A DNA stretch of 64,000 bases from Girardia tigrina (Eukaryota), in contig MQRK01231888.1 in the NCBI GenBank assembly GCA_001938485.1, positions 1 through 64,000 on the forward strand. Direction: 5' to 3'. Of this stretch, positions 14,258-29,200 are shown in pieces. Under the pieces are notes generated by a model. The model saw only the letters and a list, made by a program, of their open reading frames with translations. It was not told the origin of the DNA and did not search any database. Positions within the stretch are counted from its first letter, which is position 1. Each line of letters starts with the position of its first letter. The position numbers and the translations under genes were made by a program.

Positions 14258-17200
14258 TATGTGAGCTTTCTCTTATTTTTAGATAAATTTATTCTTACAA
14301 CAATTTTTACATTTTTATTGTAATATTTGTAATAATCAGTACATCTATAATGTAACATTTGTATAATAATTTATGCCATAGTAAATAACATTTTCTATTC
14401 TCCTCGTAACTACGATCAACTATTTTACCTTGCCTAATTTAATTAAAAAATATATATAAAGTAAACTTTTAAAAAAGGAGAGAACTTTGACAAATGATAT
14501 ATTAGGGTGAGTCATAAGTTGTGGGGCACTTTTTATTAAAAATTAAAATGTTCATAAAACAATGCACAATAAAGATTATGATTCGAAATAAAGTCCATTA
14601 TGTTCAATACATTGTACCCAACGTTCTGCAAGTTGTTCTATTCCGCGTCGATACCATGTTTTGTCTTTAGAAGCAAAAAATTCTCGACACCCATTATCGA
14701 CGTCGTCGATATGGGAAAAGCTCCTTCCCTTCAAAAAATGCGACATAGCTCGGAAAAGATGAAAATCCGAAGGCGCTAAATCAGGACTGTAGGCAGGATG
14801 TGGAAGAAGTTCGATAGCTTCGAGTTCCTCTANNNNNNNNNNNNNNNNNNNNNNNNNNNNNNNNNNNNNNNNNNNNNNNNNNNNNNNNNNNNNNNNNNNN
14901 NNNNNNNNNNNNNNNNNNNNNNNNNNNNNNNNNNNNNNNNNNNNNNNNNNNNNNNNNNNNNNNNNNNNNNNNNNNNNNNNNNNNNNNNNNNNNNNNNNNN
15001 NNNNNNNNNNNNNNNNNNNNNNNNNNNNNNNNNNNNNNNNNNNNNNNNNNNNNNNNNNNNNNNNNNNNNNNNNNNNNNNNNNNNNNNNNNNNNNNNNNNN
15101 NNNNNNNNNNNNNNNNNNNNNNNNNNNNNNNNNNNNNNNNNNNNNNNNNNNNNNNNNNNNNNNNNNNNNNNNNNNNNNNNNNNNNNNNNNNNNNNNNNNN
15201 NNNNNNNNNNNNNNNNNNNNNNNNNNNNNNNNNNNNNNNNNNNNNNNNNNNNNNNNNNNNNNNNNNNNNNNNNNNNNNNNNNNNNNNNNNNNNNNNNNNN
15301 NNNNNNNNNNNNNNNNNNNNNNNNNNNNNNNNNNNNNNNNNNNNNNNNNNNNNNNNNNNNNNNNNNNNNNNNNNNNNNNNNNNNNNNNNNNNNNNNNNNN
15401 NNNNNNNNNNNNNNNNNNNNNNNNNNNNNNNNNNNNNNNNNNNNNNNNNNNNNNNNNNNNNNNNNNNNNNNNNNNNNNNNNNNNNNNNNNNNNNNNNNNN
15501 NNNNNNNNNNNNNNNNNNNNNNNNNNNNNNNNNNNNNNNNNNNNNNNNNNNNNNNNNNNNNNNNNNNNNNNNNNNNNNNNNNNNNNNNNNNNNNNNNNNN
15601 NNNNNNNNNNNNNNNNNNNNNNNNNNNNNNNNNNNNNNNNNNNNNNTGAGCTTTATTACGATATACAAATTCAATTAATATCGATTCGACAATTCATGTT
15701 GTAATTAAAGATAATTACTTTGGAAAGAGTGCCCCACAACTTATGACTCACCCTAATAGTAGCTTATGTTATTTCAAAAAATGAATATTCCACAAAATGT
15801 ATTTATTGTTTTTACTTAGAATATTATGTTTTTAATGAATTACAAAATTCGTACAACCAACTCTTTTTGGTTATAAACGAATATATAGTTTCCACCATTT
15901 ACATTGTTTAGATTTGTTGATCTTTGAGGAAAAGACCCCGGTTGATACATTAATAAATTCGCCGCATACATCAACCCGGAGGTATCATTTGCACCGACCC
16001 TGGTTTCCACAGGGGTTCTTTCGTTAGCGGCCTCCCCCCGCACTTATCAATTAAGTGATCGTCTCCGCACGCCACACAGGCACCACACCACATCTACCAC
16101 CCTTTCGGGCATTCTAGAGTTAGTATGTCAGGCAATGGTTGACTGACGGAACTATATATATTTATAGATTTATCAGCTTACCTGGCGGACTTACACTTCA
16201 CCGATCCATTCGTCCATTATTTATATCCCGGCTACCTCACTGCACTCCCGTTTCTATAGATTTCAACCCATTTCCATGTATCGAGATCGTATAGAGGTCG
16301 CTCCCTGGGACCAGATGCACAGATCATTGGTAGCCGGTGCTGCACTTTCAGTCAGTACGTGATTGCACTCATTTCAATGTACAGAATCACATTAGACCAT
16401 GTATAGCCTCAAACTTCTTCGCCTTTCGACTCTCAATTTACCGCATCACCATTTCTATAGCCTCTGACCCACTTCCATGTATCAGAATCTATAGAGGTCG
16501 CTTCCTGGGACCAGTGATGCTGTATCCCTGATTTCTCACACTACACTCTTTCTACTATTGGGGATATCCGCAATTCACAGTTGCACATATCCCTCATTAT
16601 CTCCATATCCCTAGAAATTTCCAGGGATATTGGTACTTCTGACACCTTCCACAGAACTTCAGTGAACACGCCCGTCTGGATTAGACAGTGTGAACCAACA
16701 GGTCGCCGGCCCGTTGGAGGCCGCATTTACCGTATCCTCATATAATACTCCTAAGAACGACAGATGTATTGATATATGATGTTGTATTGCTCCAGTTTGT
16801 TTGTCTGGGGGGCTTCTTCGCCTCACATCTTTTATGTTTTTGGCCCATATGCCTACCTCTGTTTCCCGTAGTAGTCACAACTCTTATTTCAATACTGAAT
16901 CTAATCGTTCCAATTTTATTATATGAGGAGCCGAAGCTCCTTTGAATTCGAAACACGTTTTTGCATTAGAAGAACCACACCAAAATAGATAAAGTTGCAT
17001 CGAGCAAAAAATCGAGCATAAAAGAATATTTGTCATTGTATTGTTCTGATTTCTAGCAAAAAGAAAGATTAGTGACATCAGAAATTAATAACAAAAATTA
17101 CATATCAAAATTAATTGTGTTGTTTTATCGAACAAATAATTCGAACGAAAAATTTAAAATTTTGTAATTACGTGTGAAGAAATTAACATTTTAATACGGA

Positions 17201-20200
17201 CTTCTCATATCGTTTCTTCTCATTCATGCATGACACTTTTCTCGGACAGTCAACAATCGTTGGAACACGCGGCGATTCGGGTTATGTTCATGATGCATTG
17301 CGGTCGACGACTCGAGTTGCAGAAGGCACAATCAATCCGAAGGAAATTCACGTCATTCGGACATCACAACTCCTTCAAGAACCCACATGCTCGGTGATCG
17401 GTCGATTCTAGCAGGATGTGGTAATCGATCGATCTTTGACACAATCGCACTCCCATATGGTCATATCGTCACTGGGTGCGTAGGCGCAGTGACGTCGCAC
17501 GGCAGTGGAGGTAGTGAACGAGAAGGCAGAACGATTCCGAGGTGCTACACGATTATGGGGTCTGGTGTATGGATGACGAGCATCGCGGACCGGATTACAG
17601 TCATGAAATAGGGACTTTGGCACCAAATGTATATAGTATAAATAAATATACTACATCAAATATTTTCAAATTAAATCAACGAGACGTCAACCAAACGATG
17701 AATCTTTACACTATACGAGATTATCAAAAGCACATCCACTGTTGTGTCGATTATAGCGGCGTCTTTTTAGTGGACCGCACGAACACATCAAACGTACTGT
17801 CAGGTTACGAGCTGGCGATCACACCAGGCGAACCGTCATCCAAGGCGGAACCGACCAGTATACTGTCAACAATTTTGAACGGGAGTCTCGTGGGATGATG
17901 TGGGATTTCCGGATCCAAGCGGGCACTGGAAGGCAACTGTGGGAGCAGGGTGACTTTCTTGCTTCGGCAGGATGCATGATCAAGATCCTCGGGCAACACC
18001 CTATATTCAAGTGGTCCAGAGCGTTGCAATTCGAAAGGGGCGCTCAGATCACAGTTAATAATATAAATAAATATAAAATAAAGAATAATGTTACGTGCAA
18101 CACGATACACAAATAATCCTTTGACAATAAGATACATGATTCTTTTTGGAGTTCTGTATAGTAGGACACTTGGATTGAAATAATGTGGCTAGTTTATCTA
18201 TTACATGAAAACAAATACTGTTAAAAGTTGATTGAGTTTTGTTCCAACTACACGCACCAAATTAAAATATTGGATTGTGTACTAATCAAGCAAAGATGTT
18301 ATCACTAGTCAACATGATCTCAAAATCTTTTCTCTATTTCGAGTTTCTGTTTTCTTGCTCTAATTCTCATTTATATGTTATTTCTTAGTTTATATCAACA
18401 CTTAATTCTTTTGATTACGTCTTTTTTCGTTTTTTGTTCGGTAATTACTAATTCTTGTTGTTATCGACTTTTTTCTTTTTGACAAACTTTAAAGTTGACT
18501 TAACCGTTTTCATGCGGCTGTCCTTTTTGAAGGACACTCATATAAATGACAGTAGTCGTGACCTACTACTATATTTTTTCACTTAAACACGATTTTCTGA
18601 TTAAGCAAGCATTTCTCTTTCTATTGATATCAGTACATCACGTAAACAAGCCCCTATTTCTGCTCCATTTGATGACAAAAAAATTTAAATTTAAAAATTA
18701 AAATTTAAAAAATTTAAAAAATTTAAGTGCATTCAGTGTTCTGTAACTCTTCATCCTCTTTGCTTTCATGCATACCACACTCGCCCACAATAGCTTAATG
18801 ATGCGTGTTTTTTATATTATTGCTGTGTATTAAAAAGTTTAGTACTCTAATAATACGGCTGTCCTATAAAAAGGACACCTATTTTTCTCTCTGGGTATTG
18901 ATTGGGTCGCCGATGTAACAACATAATTTTCTTAGTTAGAGCATATATAGATTGTTTTAAAAGTTTTAACACGAAAGACAAAGGTTTAATGGGGTCCGCA
19001 TGTAAACGGTTAAGTAGTAAAATTTTTAATTAAATTTAGGTGATTGAATTAAGTAATCTGAATAATTGTTTCATCAAGAACGTTTGTGATTATTTTTTAT
19101 TATATTTATTTCACAATAACGACTAAAAATATGAGATAACAATGGGAAAAATTAATGAATATTCAATATAAATATTGATAGATATTTTATTCTACTTTTA
19201 TAAATAAATAAATAATAAAATGTTTTTTCGACATTTAGATTCAGTCAATTTTGAAAGATTATTTCAAAATGCTCCTCTCTTATCTTTTATTAATGTGAAA
19301 GGTAACTTGGAGTCACTTGCTTCGAAAATCAGGTTATTTATTTGTATTATTAATTAAAATTAAAAATTTGCGTGTCAAAGAATTTTCTAACATGTGTTTA
19401 ATTCATTTTTATCGTTATAAAAATATTTAAAATAATTTTCAATTTAACTTTAGTTTAAATCGCAAATCAAAAACCAAATAAAATGTCTTATGGGAAAGTG
19501 TTTCTGAAAGAGTGTCGCTATTTGACTAATCTAAGGACTGAAAGCTATTTTTAACTTACCAATATTAGTTATGGTTACAGTAGAACTCGGATATCTTGAA
19601 CTCGTTGGGGAATGAAAAAAAATTCGAGATATCCGAGTTTCGAGATAACCGAGGTTGTAATAAAATTTACCGTTACCTAGAATCTCATGCTGTTTTACTT
19701 TAGAAATTCTCACTAGACATTAATGGAATCTTAATCCTCCAGAATAAAAAACCGTAATTAACGTTTTTATAAACTGTTGCTCATATTCAAAATAAAACAC
19801 AAGGAGAATTAATGGATCATAAGCATGGAATAATGTGCAATACATACAGTACAGTATCTTATTGGCATAACAGAAACAAAGATTAATAAAAGAAGTCTGT
19901 TATGAGAGTCGGCTTTTTCTTTTCCGTGAGGCCACTTCTTCAGGTTGCGTTAGCATTGCGACTACGTCGGTTGAAACTCGATCATTGTACTTCACCCATT
20001 TCTGAAGCAGCAGTATGACTCAAGGACTTGTTTTATGGAAGGAAGATGTAGTTCAATGTATTCCTCATCGTCAGTTTCAGATAAATGAGACTCATCATCC
20101 CTTTAGTCTTTTTCTGTCATTATGCCTGCGACTGGCAGTTCATCATTGACAACAGCATATTCAGAAATCTCAAGGAACTAGAAATTTGAAAGTGAGATCG

Positions 20201-23200
20201 TATCCTTTCGAAAGTGTTCTCTACATTATTTACATTTAGCAATTTTGATATCTGGTTTGTGCAAAATAAGAAAGACATCGTTCCTTATAAATTTGTTTGA
20301 AAAATAGTTAATAAATATTTATATTATGAACTATATCGTTGATCATGAACCCAACACAGACTATAACTACTATTTATAAAATAAATGCATTTAAATTATA
20401 AAATTTCGAGATATACGTGCAAATTTAACAAAATTTTAGGTGAATTTGCTTCGAGATATCCGTGTTTTCGAGAAAGCCGAGTTGGAGGTAGCCGATTAAA
20501 AAATAAAGAAACAATATAGGAAAAACATGGGACCAGAAAATGTCTTCGAGATAACAGAGTTCGAGATATCCGATTTCCACTATATACTGTATACACTATA
20601 TACTTTTCTGTAATAAAACTTTAATTTGGGAGAAAAATTAATTAATTTGAAGGTCATATTCCATTTTATTCAATCTAAAAATACCTTTCTCTGATGGTGC
20701 GAAAAAATAAAAAAGTTCATTGAAAAAAGATCGCCAACCGTAGCCAAAGTTAGAATTATTTTTGCCACCAATATATATGGTAATTATTTATCTAATAACT
20801 CCAAAACTTCGTTGAATATGAAGGCATATTTGATTTATCAATATATATGTCACAAGTGTACATTGGAGAGACAAATCGCCACTTCGGCACTATTATTTCC
20901 GAGCATACTCAATTGAGTAGAAATAGTTCTGTTGTTAACCATATTAAATAATGCTAGGGAAGTTTTAGTTTGAATAAAAGGTATGATAATAACTTTAAAA
21001 TTGTAATTGAGAACTTAGATTACCGTTATAAAAATGATCTCGATACATCTAATGAAAGGACAATCGCTGAACCATGCTTAAATTTGCAATGTGATTCTTC
21101 CAATCATAATTAAATATTTTTAGAAATGCTAAATTTATAATTAATTCACTAGTTTAAAATAGTGAACAAATCTTTGTTTATAGAACGCCTTTGCAGGCGA
21201 AACTGGTAAATTTTAATAAAAAATGCAATAAATGGCTCTATTTTGTTTTTTTTTCATAAATATAAAATTAGTAGTCATAATTATATAAAGAGATATTCGT
21301 TGTTTATGAAGTTAAAATTAAGTTTTCTTTGATCTTATTTTAGAATATCTGGTATAATGATTGTTAAAATGATGCACTTGAGTTATAATAGTGAATAACT
21401 GTCTTTTATAATTATTTATTGAGGTTTTTTTAGAATACGAGATGGTAAACTTGTAGATAATGTGGGCGATATCACGACTCAAACTCCTTGTCCAGATGGA
21501 GACTTTGCTGCAGCGTGTTTTGATTTTGCTGACAGTATTCAACAAAAATCTCTTCGATTTTTGAAGATTTTCAAGTACCTATAATAATATTATGTTTTTC
21601 TATTGCTTTCTTATTATAGAAATTTTAATCCTTAAATGCATATTGTTGTTAATGGTCTACATTCTTGTTTTATTTAATTTTATCAAAAAACCTGCATGTG
21701 TACGTTACCGAATACACATTTATGATTATAAACAAACAAAATTTGTCAATCGAATTTTAATTATCAATAAACGCTTATTTTTTTGGTTAAGATATTGTTA
21801 CTTCCATGTTTTCAGTCGGTCTCAAATTGTTTCAACTAAAACTCGGTAAATGTTCTCCGAAAATCGCTCTTTGTTTATAAAGGGTGGGTCAAAAGTAACT
21901 ACACAATTTATTTAACCTATAGTTTCTTTTCCTTTTATTAAATTTAACAAACAATAAAACAGAAATAAACTTTAAAAGTTATATTTTATTAATTTATCTT
22001 TTAAAGATTACATTATTTAGGTGTTTTCCATTTCCCGATTGACAAATTCTACATCTTTCTATGGCAGTTTCCATTACCCTGTTTAAAACTGATGGCTTAA
22101 TCGATCTTATTTCCTCGGTTATAATTTTCTTTAGATCTGAACTTGGGTTTCTTTTGTATACACAGTCTTTTAGATAATCCCATAAGAAGAAATCAGGTGC
22201 GTTAAGATCTGGAGATCTTATAGGCCACTCAATGTTACCACGTCTTGAAATAATTCTGTCACCAGAATTTTATTGAAGATTCGATCATAAATATTCTTTG
22301 CTCCGTTGTGTATCTTGGCATGATAAAAATTCAAGGCCCGTGGAATAAAATAATTTCAAAAATTTTAAACAAAAGTAAACCTGAAAAAAAATTTAAACAG
22401 AATAAATTGTGTAGTTACTTTTGGCCCACCCTTTACAATGATATGATCGCTAAAGTTATCGTTGTAATGATGATTTTTTGTCAAAAATGAGATTATTGAC
22501 TGAAAAAGAAACTATGAATTTGAGACTTGAGAGCTTTTCAAATTCAAAAATTTATCAGTCATAATGCATTTTAACAACAAGTTAAAAATTTAAGAGCGTT
22601 GTGAGCTCCAATCCCGGCCATTTCGTTATCATTCAACGTGGCGGTCATCGATCATTTCGATTTATATAAAGATAATAATTCGATGAAAAACACAATTCAA
22701 GAGATTCTACATTTAATTTTTTAAACGACACAAAAAATTTAGAATATTCAAACAAATATATTTTATTGTGTTTGTTTTTTTCAGAACCCATTGATTAAAT
22801 TTCGACATAACGATTCTAGTATAGAAATTGTAACACGTGAAAAGTTTATTTTCAACACACTGTTTAATTGATAATATTTAAACAAAATATTTATCAAAAA
22901 AGCATATATTAAATATTTCAAATAATTAAAATATCTAACATCCAACACTCCCAGCAGATTCGTCCACAGAAGAATTTGAATCCACAATGTAATCATTTAG
23001 ATAAGACGGTCTTCGTCTTTCTCTTCTTGGCCTACTGTTCAATGATTGTTCCTCTTGTGTTTGATTGTCTGGTAGTGATGCAGTTTCCTCCATATTCATA
23101 TAGTATGACTTGGAATTTTCAACCAAGTCAGGCTATCTAGGTCGAATGTCTGTGATATGTCTTGGACCGTAAAATCCGTTGCAATTTACTAGATATTTCC

Positions 23201-26200
23201 TTTGATATATTCTTTTCTTGACAACACCCTTGGCCCATTGCTGTGTACATTGTGTACTGTTTTCCGGTTTTACCCACACTAATTGATTTTCAATATAATC
23301 TTGATTTCCACAAAACGGTTCCTTTTCACTTCTTCCAATTATATCTAACCCTATGGGCAAATAGCTATACAGCGCCGAGCTTGGTGTTTCTTTTCCTTCA
23401 GATGGTGTGTTATTATACCACCATAAAGCTTCCAAAATGCTGATATTTGATCTGGATGCAATTCTTTTGATTGTTTTGTGATTCCTTTCTATTATTCCGT
23501 TGCAGGTAGGTCGATTGATGGCACGATACATGACTCGAACGTTCCACTTTTCCATTAGCTTGTTGAATTCTACCGAATGAAATGTGGTATAATTATAAAA
23601 AAAATGAAAATTAATATAAACTACTTATAATTTATAAGTAGATCTTTTTCAATTAATATTGTTCTGGAACTGTGAATTTTCCTATTTTTGGACCTTAAAA
23701 AGTCTTTGATCAAAGTTTCACATAATCCTTTATCGTAATCGAGAATGAGTAAGTGTCTAAGTTTGAAGAAAATTGATGAGTAGAAAGCCTTTAAAGATAG
23801 ATTTCTAAATTCCATGGATATATATATATATATATATATATTGATTAAAAATATATTCACCCTTTCCAGCCCGTTTTTGCCATATTGCAATATATTTGAG
23901 AAATTAAATTACAGTTATCTCTTTTACCCAATTTAAATTTTACACAATAGTAGTTTCTAAAAAGTCTAATAGATGACACTACATATATTAGAATGCAAAA
24001 AAGTGGGATTTTCACTTGTTTCTTAGCAATTTAAATTAATAAAAAAATTTTTTTTTCAAAAATAATAATTTGGACTGGAAAGGGTTCATATAATTTTATA
24101 GTTGTTATTTACTTTTCAAACTTGTCCGAAAATTCCGACTGTTCAAAAATTCAAAATATCAATCTTCCATCTTGTTGGAAGAAACACAATCCTAAAAACA
24201 GCATACCAAATATCACATACAATAAACACCATTCGAAAATATTCTTCACAGTTTCATTTACATGTTATAAAGATACAAAAATAAAGCTCTGTCGGAGTTG
24301 TAGATATTGATGTTGAAGCATTTTGATAACGTTATTTTAATTTAAAATAGGTTTGAATAATTTGAAAGGATAAAGGTTTATGTGAATAAGGCTTGTATAA
24401 ATGATTTTTTTAGTACTCCGAACGTTTTCCAGAAATAAATCAGCAGTCCAGTTTATTATTTGAGAGTAATAACTCATTACAGTGATATGGCTTCAATAAT
24501 ATAAGTTTTTACAAAACATTTGTATCCCTAAATTATGTCGTGTTTTTATAACATTACTCTTAGCCTGGATTCAATATGTTAAAATAATTGATTACTGATT
24601 TACAAATAAGGAAATTAAACATAAAATGCTCGATACCTTACGTTATTAAATCATTAACAATGTTATATTGTTTTTTTCGCTCTTTTCCTGTATTAACTAT
24701 CTAATAATTTAGGTCCTCCTTCGACTCAGAGCTTATATATAAACATCAGTTTCATTATTATCGATGTATTCGAGAAGTTGCCGAAGATTTCTATTTATGG
24801 ATGTGTGACTTCCTTTTTTGCTCGAATTCGAGCACTGCATTGTACATAAAATTTTGATTCATTTGTTAGATTATTTGAAATTATTTAGACATTCAGAAGA
24901 TAAATATTCAGAAATACATAACACATCTGCAATCAAAGTACAAGTACGTATCATTTTTCATACCCTTTTAAATTTTGACAGCTTTTTCATTTCCATGTAC
25001 TAGATGTCATTGACCATTTAATGATTGTTAAGAAGAGGTAAGGTCAAACAGTCGGCTTTATTTGACAACAATTTGAATAAAGCTAAACACAAATATTATT
25101 CAAACAAAACCAATATAAACTACACAACAATGATTTCCCTTAAATGTTAACTGTATTTGTGCATTTACCGCTGGTTAATTTTGAAAAATACTGAAAGATT
25201 TTGACTGAATTTTAGCTCATTCTTGAAATGGCATTTGGTATTTTGACTTTTCTCTTTTAACCTCGAAATTGCGCTATTTGTCCGATAATCGACACATGTT
25301 CGTACCGCTTGTCCAAATCTCTTTCCAACATTTCTCCTGATTCCCCGAGGAGCCTTTTTTGGCAACGCATATTCAATTTTCGACAAATTTCCAACATAAT
25401 TCAACCGCACGATGTCTGTCGAGTGTAAATTAAAATGTTCTCGTTCTTTGATTTGGAATTTTCGGTTTTGTTTTTTGTATTTCATCGACTGTTTTCTCTA
25501 ACGTCTAGCAAAAGTCACTCGAAACCCAAATCGATTTTAATATATTTCTGTTATTTTTTCTGTCTCAATTAATCTCTCTCTTTAATTCGATAATTTTACT
25601 CTCAGCCATTGAATTTTATTTATCGAATTAATCGAATGAGAAATTTGTTGCATCTTTGAATACTCAATGAAATCTGCCTTCATCATTTGTCGATCTCATA
25701 ACTCAATGAATGAAGAGGTCATTCGGTATTCTTTTATTCGAATAGTCTTTCAAATAATCTCTCAGTTGAACCTCATCGGTTATTTTGCATTTCTTGCGAC
25801 AACTCCCGATGAATTCATTGCATAAATCGCCTCTGTCAAATCTTAAATGAACACTTTTTTTTTAATTTTTGAATTATTTCTTTTTCATTAAATCGATATT
25901 TCATTTGACATTGATGAAAAATCATTTCCCGATAATGGCAAACATTTTTTTTAATTTAAAGCAATTTATTAAGACATCGAATTCACAATTACTCATCTTA
26001 CCTTAGTTGTCCACTTCCTTTAACAATTTATTTTCAAAAATTCGAGTAAATCATTCTTCAAGATCCAGTTTTTGATTTAATCTACTCTCTTTCTTCCTTC
26101 TGGAAGAACGGCTTTCCTCTATAATAGTATTTCGAGGATATCTGTTCTGACATTTGGAATAGAATTCACCTGATCAATTAACGCAGTGGCTTCCAACCTT

Positions 26201-29200
26201 TTTGTACCGGCGCCCCCCTTTTTAAAAATTATTTGTTGCGCTCCCCTTTAAAAAACAAATTGTTGCGTCCCATTAATTATTAACCGTTAATTTATATAAA
26301 AATCAAATTTTATAAATACTCAACTGATATTATAATTTATTTAATGGGCTACAAAATAATATACAATATTATGTAAAAACATAATATATTTATTATAAGA
26401 GATATAATAACAAAACAAAAAAAAAATATATAATTAATACTATTACAATTAATACTACTACAATAATTACTAACTACAACATAAAAATTTGGAGGATTTT
26501 GGATTATGTATACTGCTGATTCATTTTTTGACACCTATTCGAATTTCTCGGTTTGTATTCGAAAATAATATTTTGGAAACAGCTGCATGCCCCCCTGGGG
26601 GGGGGCGCACCCCACAGGTTGGAAACCACTGCATTAACGATATCTGTTGGGTTTCAGTTTTATTAATCTCTTTGTTTTCTATCCAATCCTTTAAGTTTGA
26701 TAATTTCTGACTTTTTATGTTTCTGGCGAAATTTTTGATATTCTTTACCTTAAAATAATTTATTTATTTTTTTATTTAATTAACATACTGTCTCTGAGCT
26801 TCATAATATTGTTTATTCAAGTAAGTTCGATAAGTTTCTTCAGGCTTTTGTCCTTCCGTTAAGAAATTGATCAATCGTGATTCTTTCCTATGTCTGTTGT
26901 GTTTGAAGAATTGGAACAAACTTCAAATATTCCTTTTCTTTCTTCGTATTCATCCGGAAAATGTGTGCAAAATAAATGATTGAAATTTGTTTATTTCACG
27001 ATCTTCCACAACTTGTTGTTTCTCTTTCTATTGTTTTATTTCTTCTCTTTGATCTATTCAGAAACTTTCACTGGCAGATTCCAACACGTCTTCGCTTTTT
27101 CTTCTAATTTAATCACTTTCTTATTTAATTGCTTTTTCATGCTTAGATTGGATATGCCTATTATTCAGAATTAATTACGTCCGAGGTAGAAATACATCTT
27201 CTCCTTTTACACAACCAGTCATAATTGTTGTTTCCGTCACAAGAAGTACTAGATTTTTTTATATTTAGTCGTGAGCTGTTACATTAGTCTTTATGCATTC
27301 GAATGTCATGAGGTAGAAGCACCGATCTCGAGCATTAGACTGTGTGGTAGTATCATGATGTAAATTGATACCAAACGTGAATTATAATTAAAACGATACT
27401 TTCAAACTGATTTTCATGGAAAGATTTTCAATAGTTTTGTTCATTTTTGTTTACATTGCATTCAGTTGTCAGTTAGCCTATCAGATTTTACCTCGAATGA
27501 ATATGACATTTTAGGGTGAATAGAGCTTAAATTCGCATAATAATCTTCATAAATCACAATTTGTTCTTTTCTGTTGTATTTAGAATTTTTAAAAAAGTAG
27601 TTTTCAACAGCTTTTAAAATCTGAAATCTGATTGATCTAATGGAGAACTCATGGATTTTTTGGTAATACTATATTTTTTAAAATGTAGTTCTCAACCTTC
27701 TTAATGAAGATAATTTTTGTGGTAAGTTTTATTAAATATGATTCTACTGTATAAAAATGGACAGTGAACAAACAAACAGACAGGCAAAGTTTCTACTTTA
27801 CATATACGCATATAGAAAATATTAATTCCTAATTTTAATTGTTCATTCAACTATTCTTCTTTTTGTCTTTTTATCCTTCCGTTTGGTTTGCAAATTTTAA
27901 AATACACATCTTTGTTTTATACCATTGTTTTATTTATTATAAATAAACATACACACAATGAAACTCTCCGTAAATTCGAGCAAGGTTTATAAAAGTTATT
28001 AAATGTATTAAAATTATTACTTTGTGGAACAAAGTACAGAAAGTCAAGAAGCTTTTATTTCAATTACCATTCAAAATTATATCTTTCAATTCTAGGCTTT
28101 TTGGAAAGGATACAGAATACGTAGGTGGTATAGAAGCTTTATTTCAAATATCAAGTATGATATTGAAAAATGTTTTGATGAACTTGGACCGGTGGATATT
28201 GTTGAATTAGACCAAGTAATTTTCTAAATCATACATTACGTTTTTTTTAATTTTAAAGATGTATTTAATAAATAAAATGAATCAAATCGATGAATTTCCC
28301 AAACCAACAAGTGCTTGGCTTGAAAACGTTAAACAGCCGGAATATGACATTCAGAAAAGTACCTTTTCAATGACTTCTCATTCTCAATTAAAATTATATA
28401 TTAGTTTCAAGATATAAAGTAGCACATCAACCCGAAAATGATGAGTTAATTATATCTGGAAATGAGTCTACATATCGATCGAATTCGTCCTCTCTTCTAA
28501 ACAAAAAAGGCATGGAGATTATGAAAGAATGGCTAGTTGTTCTTTTACGGTTGAATTAACTTTTCATACTTAAACAGGGGATTCGAAGATCCCAGAAGTG
28601 CTTTCTGGATAATGGAAAGAGCCAAGAAATTTCAAAGGAAAATAGACAAGAACATTAAACCTTTCAATACGAGTAAAACTTCGCAAGTAAATGATAACCA
28701 TTTATAACTATCATCAGGTAATAAACGAAATATTTCCAATATCTCACCAAAACCTCCACAATATCCCACAAAAGTTTGCATTTCACCGGATTATAAAAGA
28801 CCGCAAGATCACCCAAAACACTCTTCTGGTAATTTTAGTATTAGGAAATTGTTGTAAATGTATTTACAAATAATTTTCAAAAAAGCTAAAAATATTGCCT
28901 TGACCATTGTCATTGCGTTTTTTACTAAAATATTTATTATCAAAAAATGACATGGATGCACAAATATTTTTACACGATATACTGTCCATTATTTTCAATC
29001 GCTTTCTTCCACCTTTCCGGTAGCTCCATTATTCCTGATTCATAAAAACCTTTGCCTTCGTCAGCAAAAAAAGTCGTCTAGGAACGATTTGATGTCATCA
29101 TCACTGGCGAATGTTTTTCTGTTTAAGGAATTCTGCAGTGATCTAAATAAGTGAAAATCCGATGGGGCCAAGTCTGGAAAGTACGGTGGGTGCGGCAAAA

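Noticed and set aside
24102-24330. Candidate LRRIQ1 exon
   Set aside because: Stop in the required phase; it resembles 56650-56900 (KISIFHL.GRN; SLSDH), so it is probably a decayed repeat, perhaps a LINE endonuclease remnant, too degraded to call.
25480-27200. Possible decayed non-LTR retrotransposon on - (also about 54.8-56.2 kb)
   Set aside because: Only vague motif echoes; no convincing RT motifs.
27250-27815. Possible Helitron on - (TCTATAT start, GTCTGTTT repeats); also a CTAGT end near 35450
   Set aside because: No clear 3' hairpin or A/T insertion-site match.
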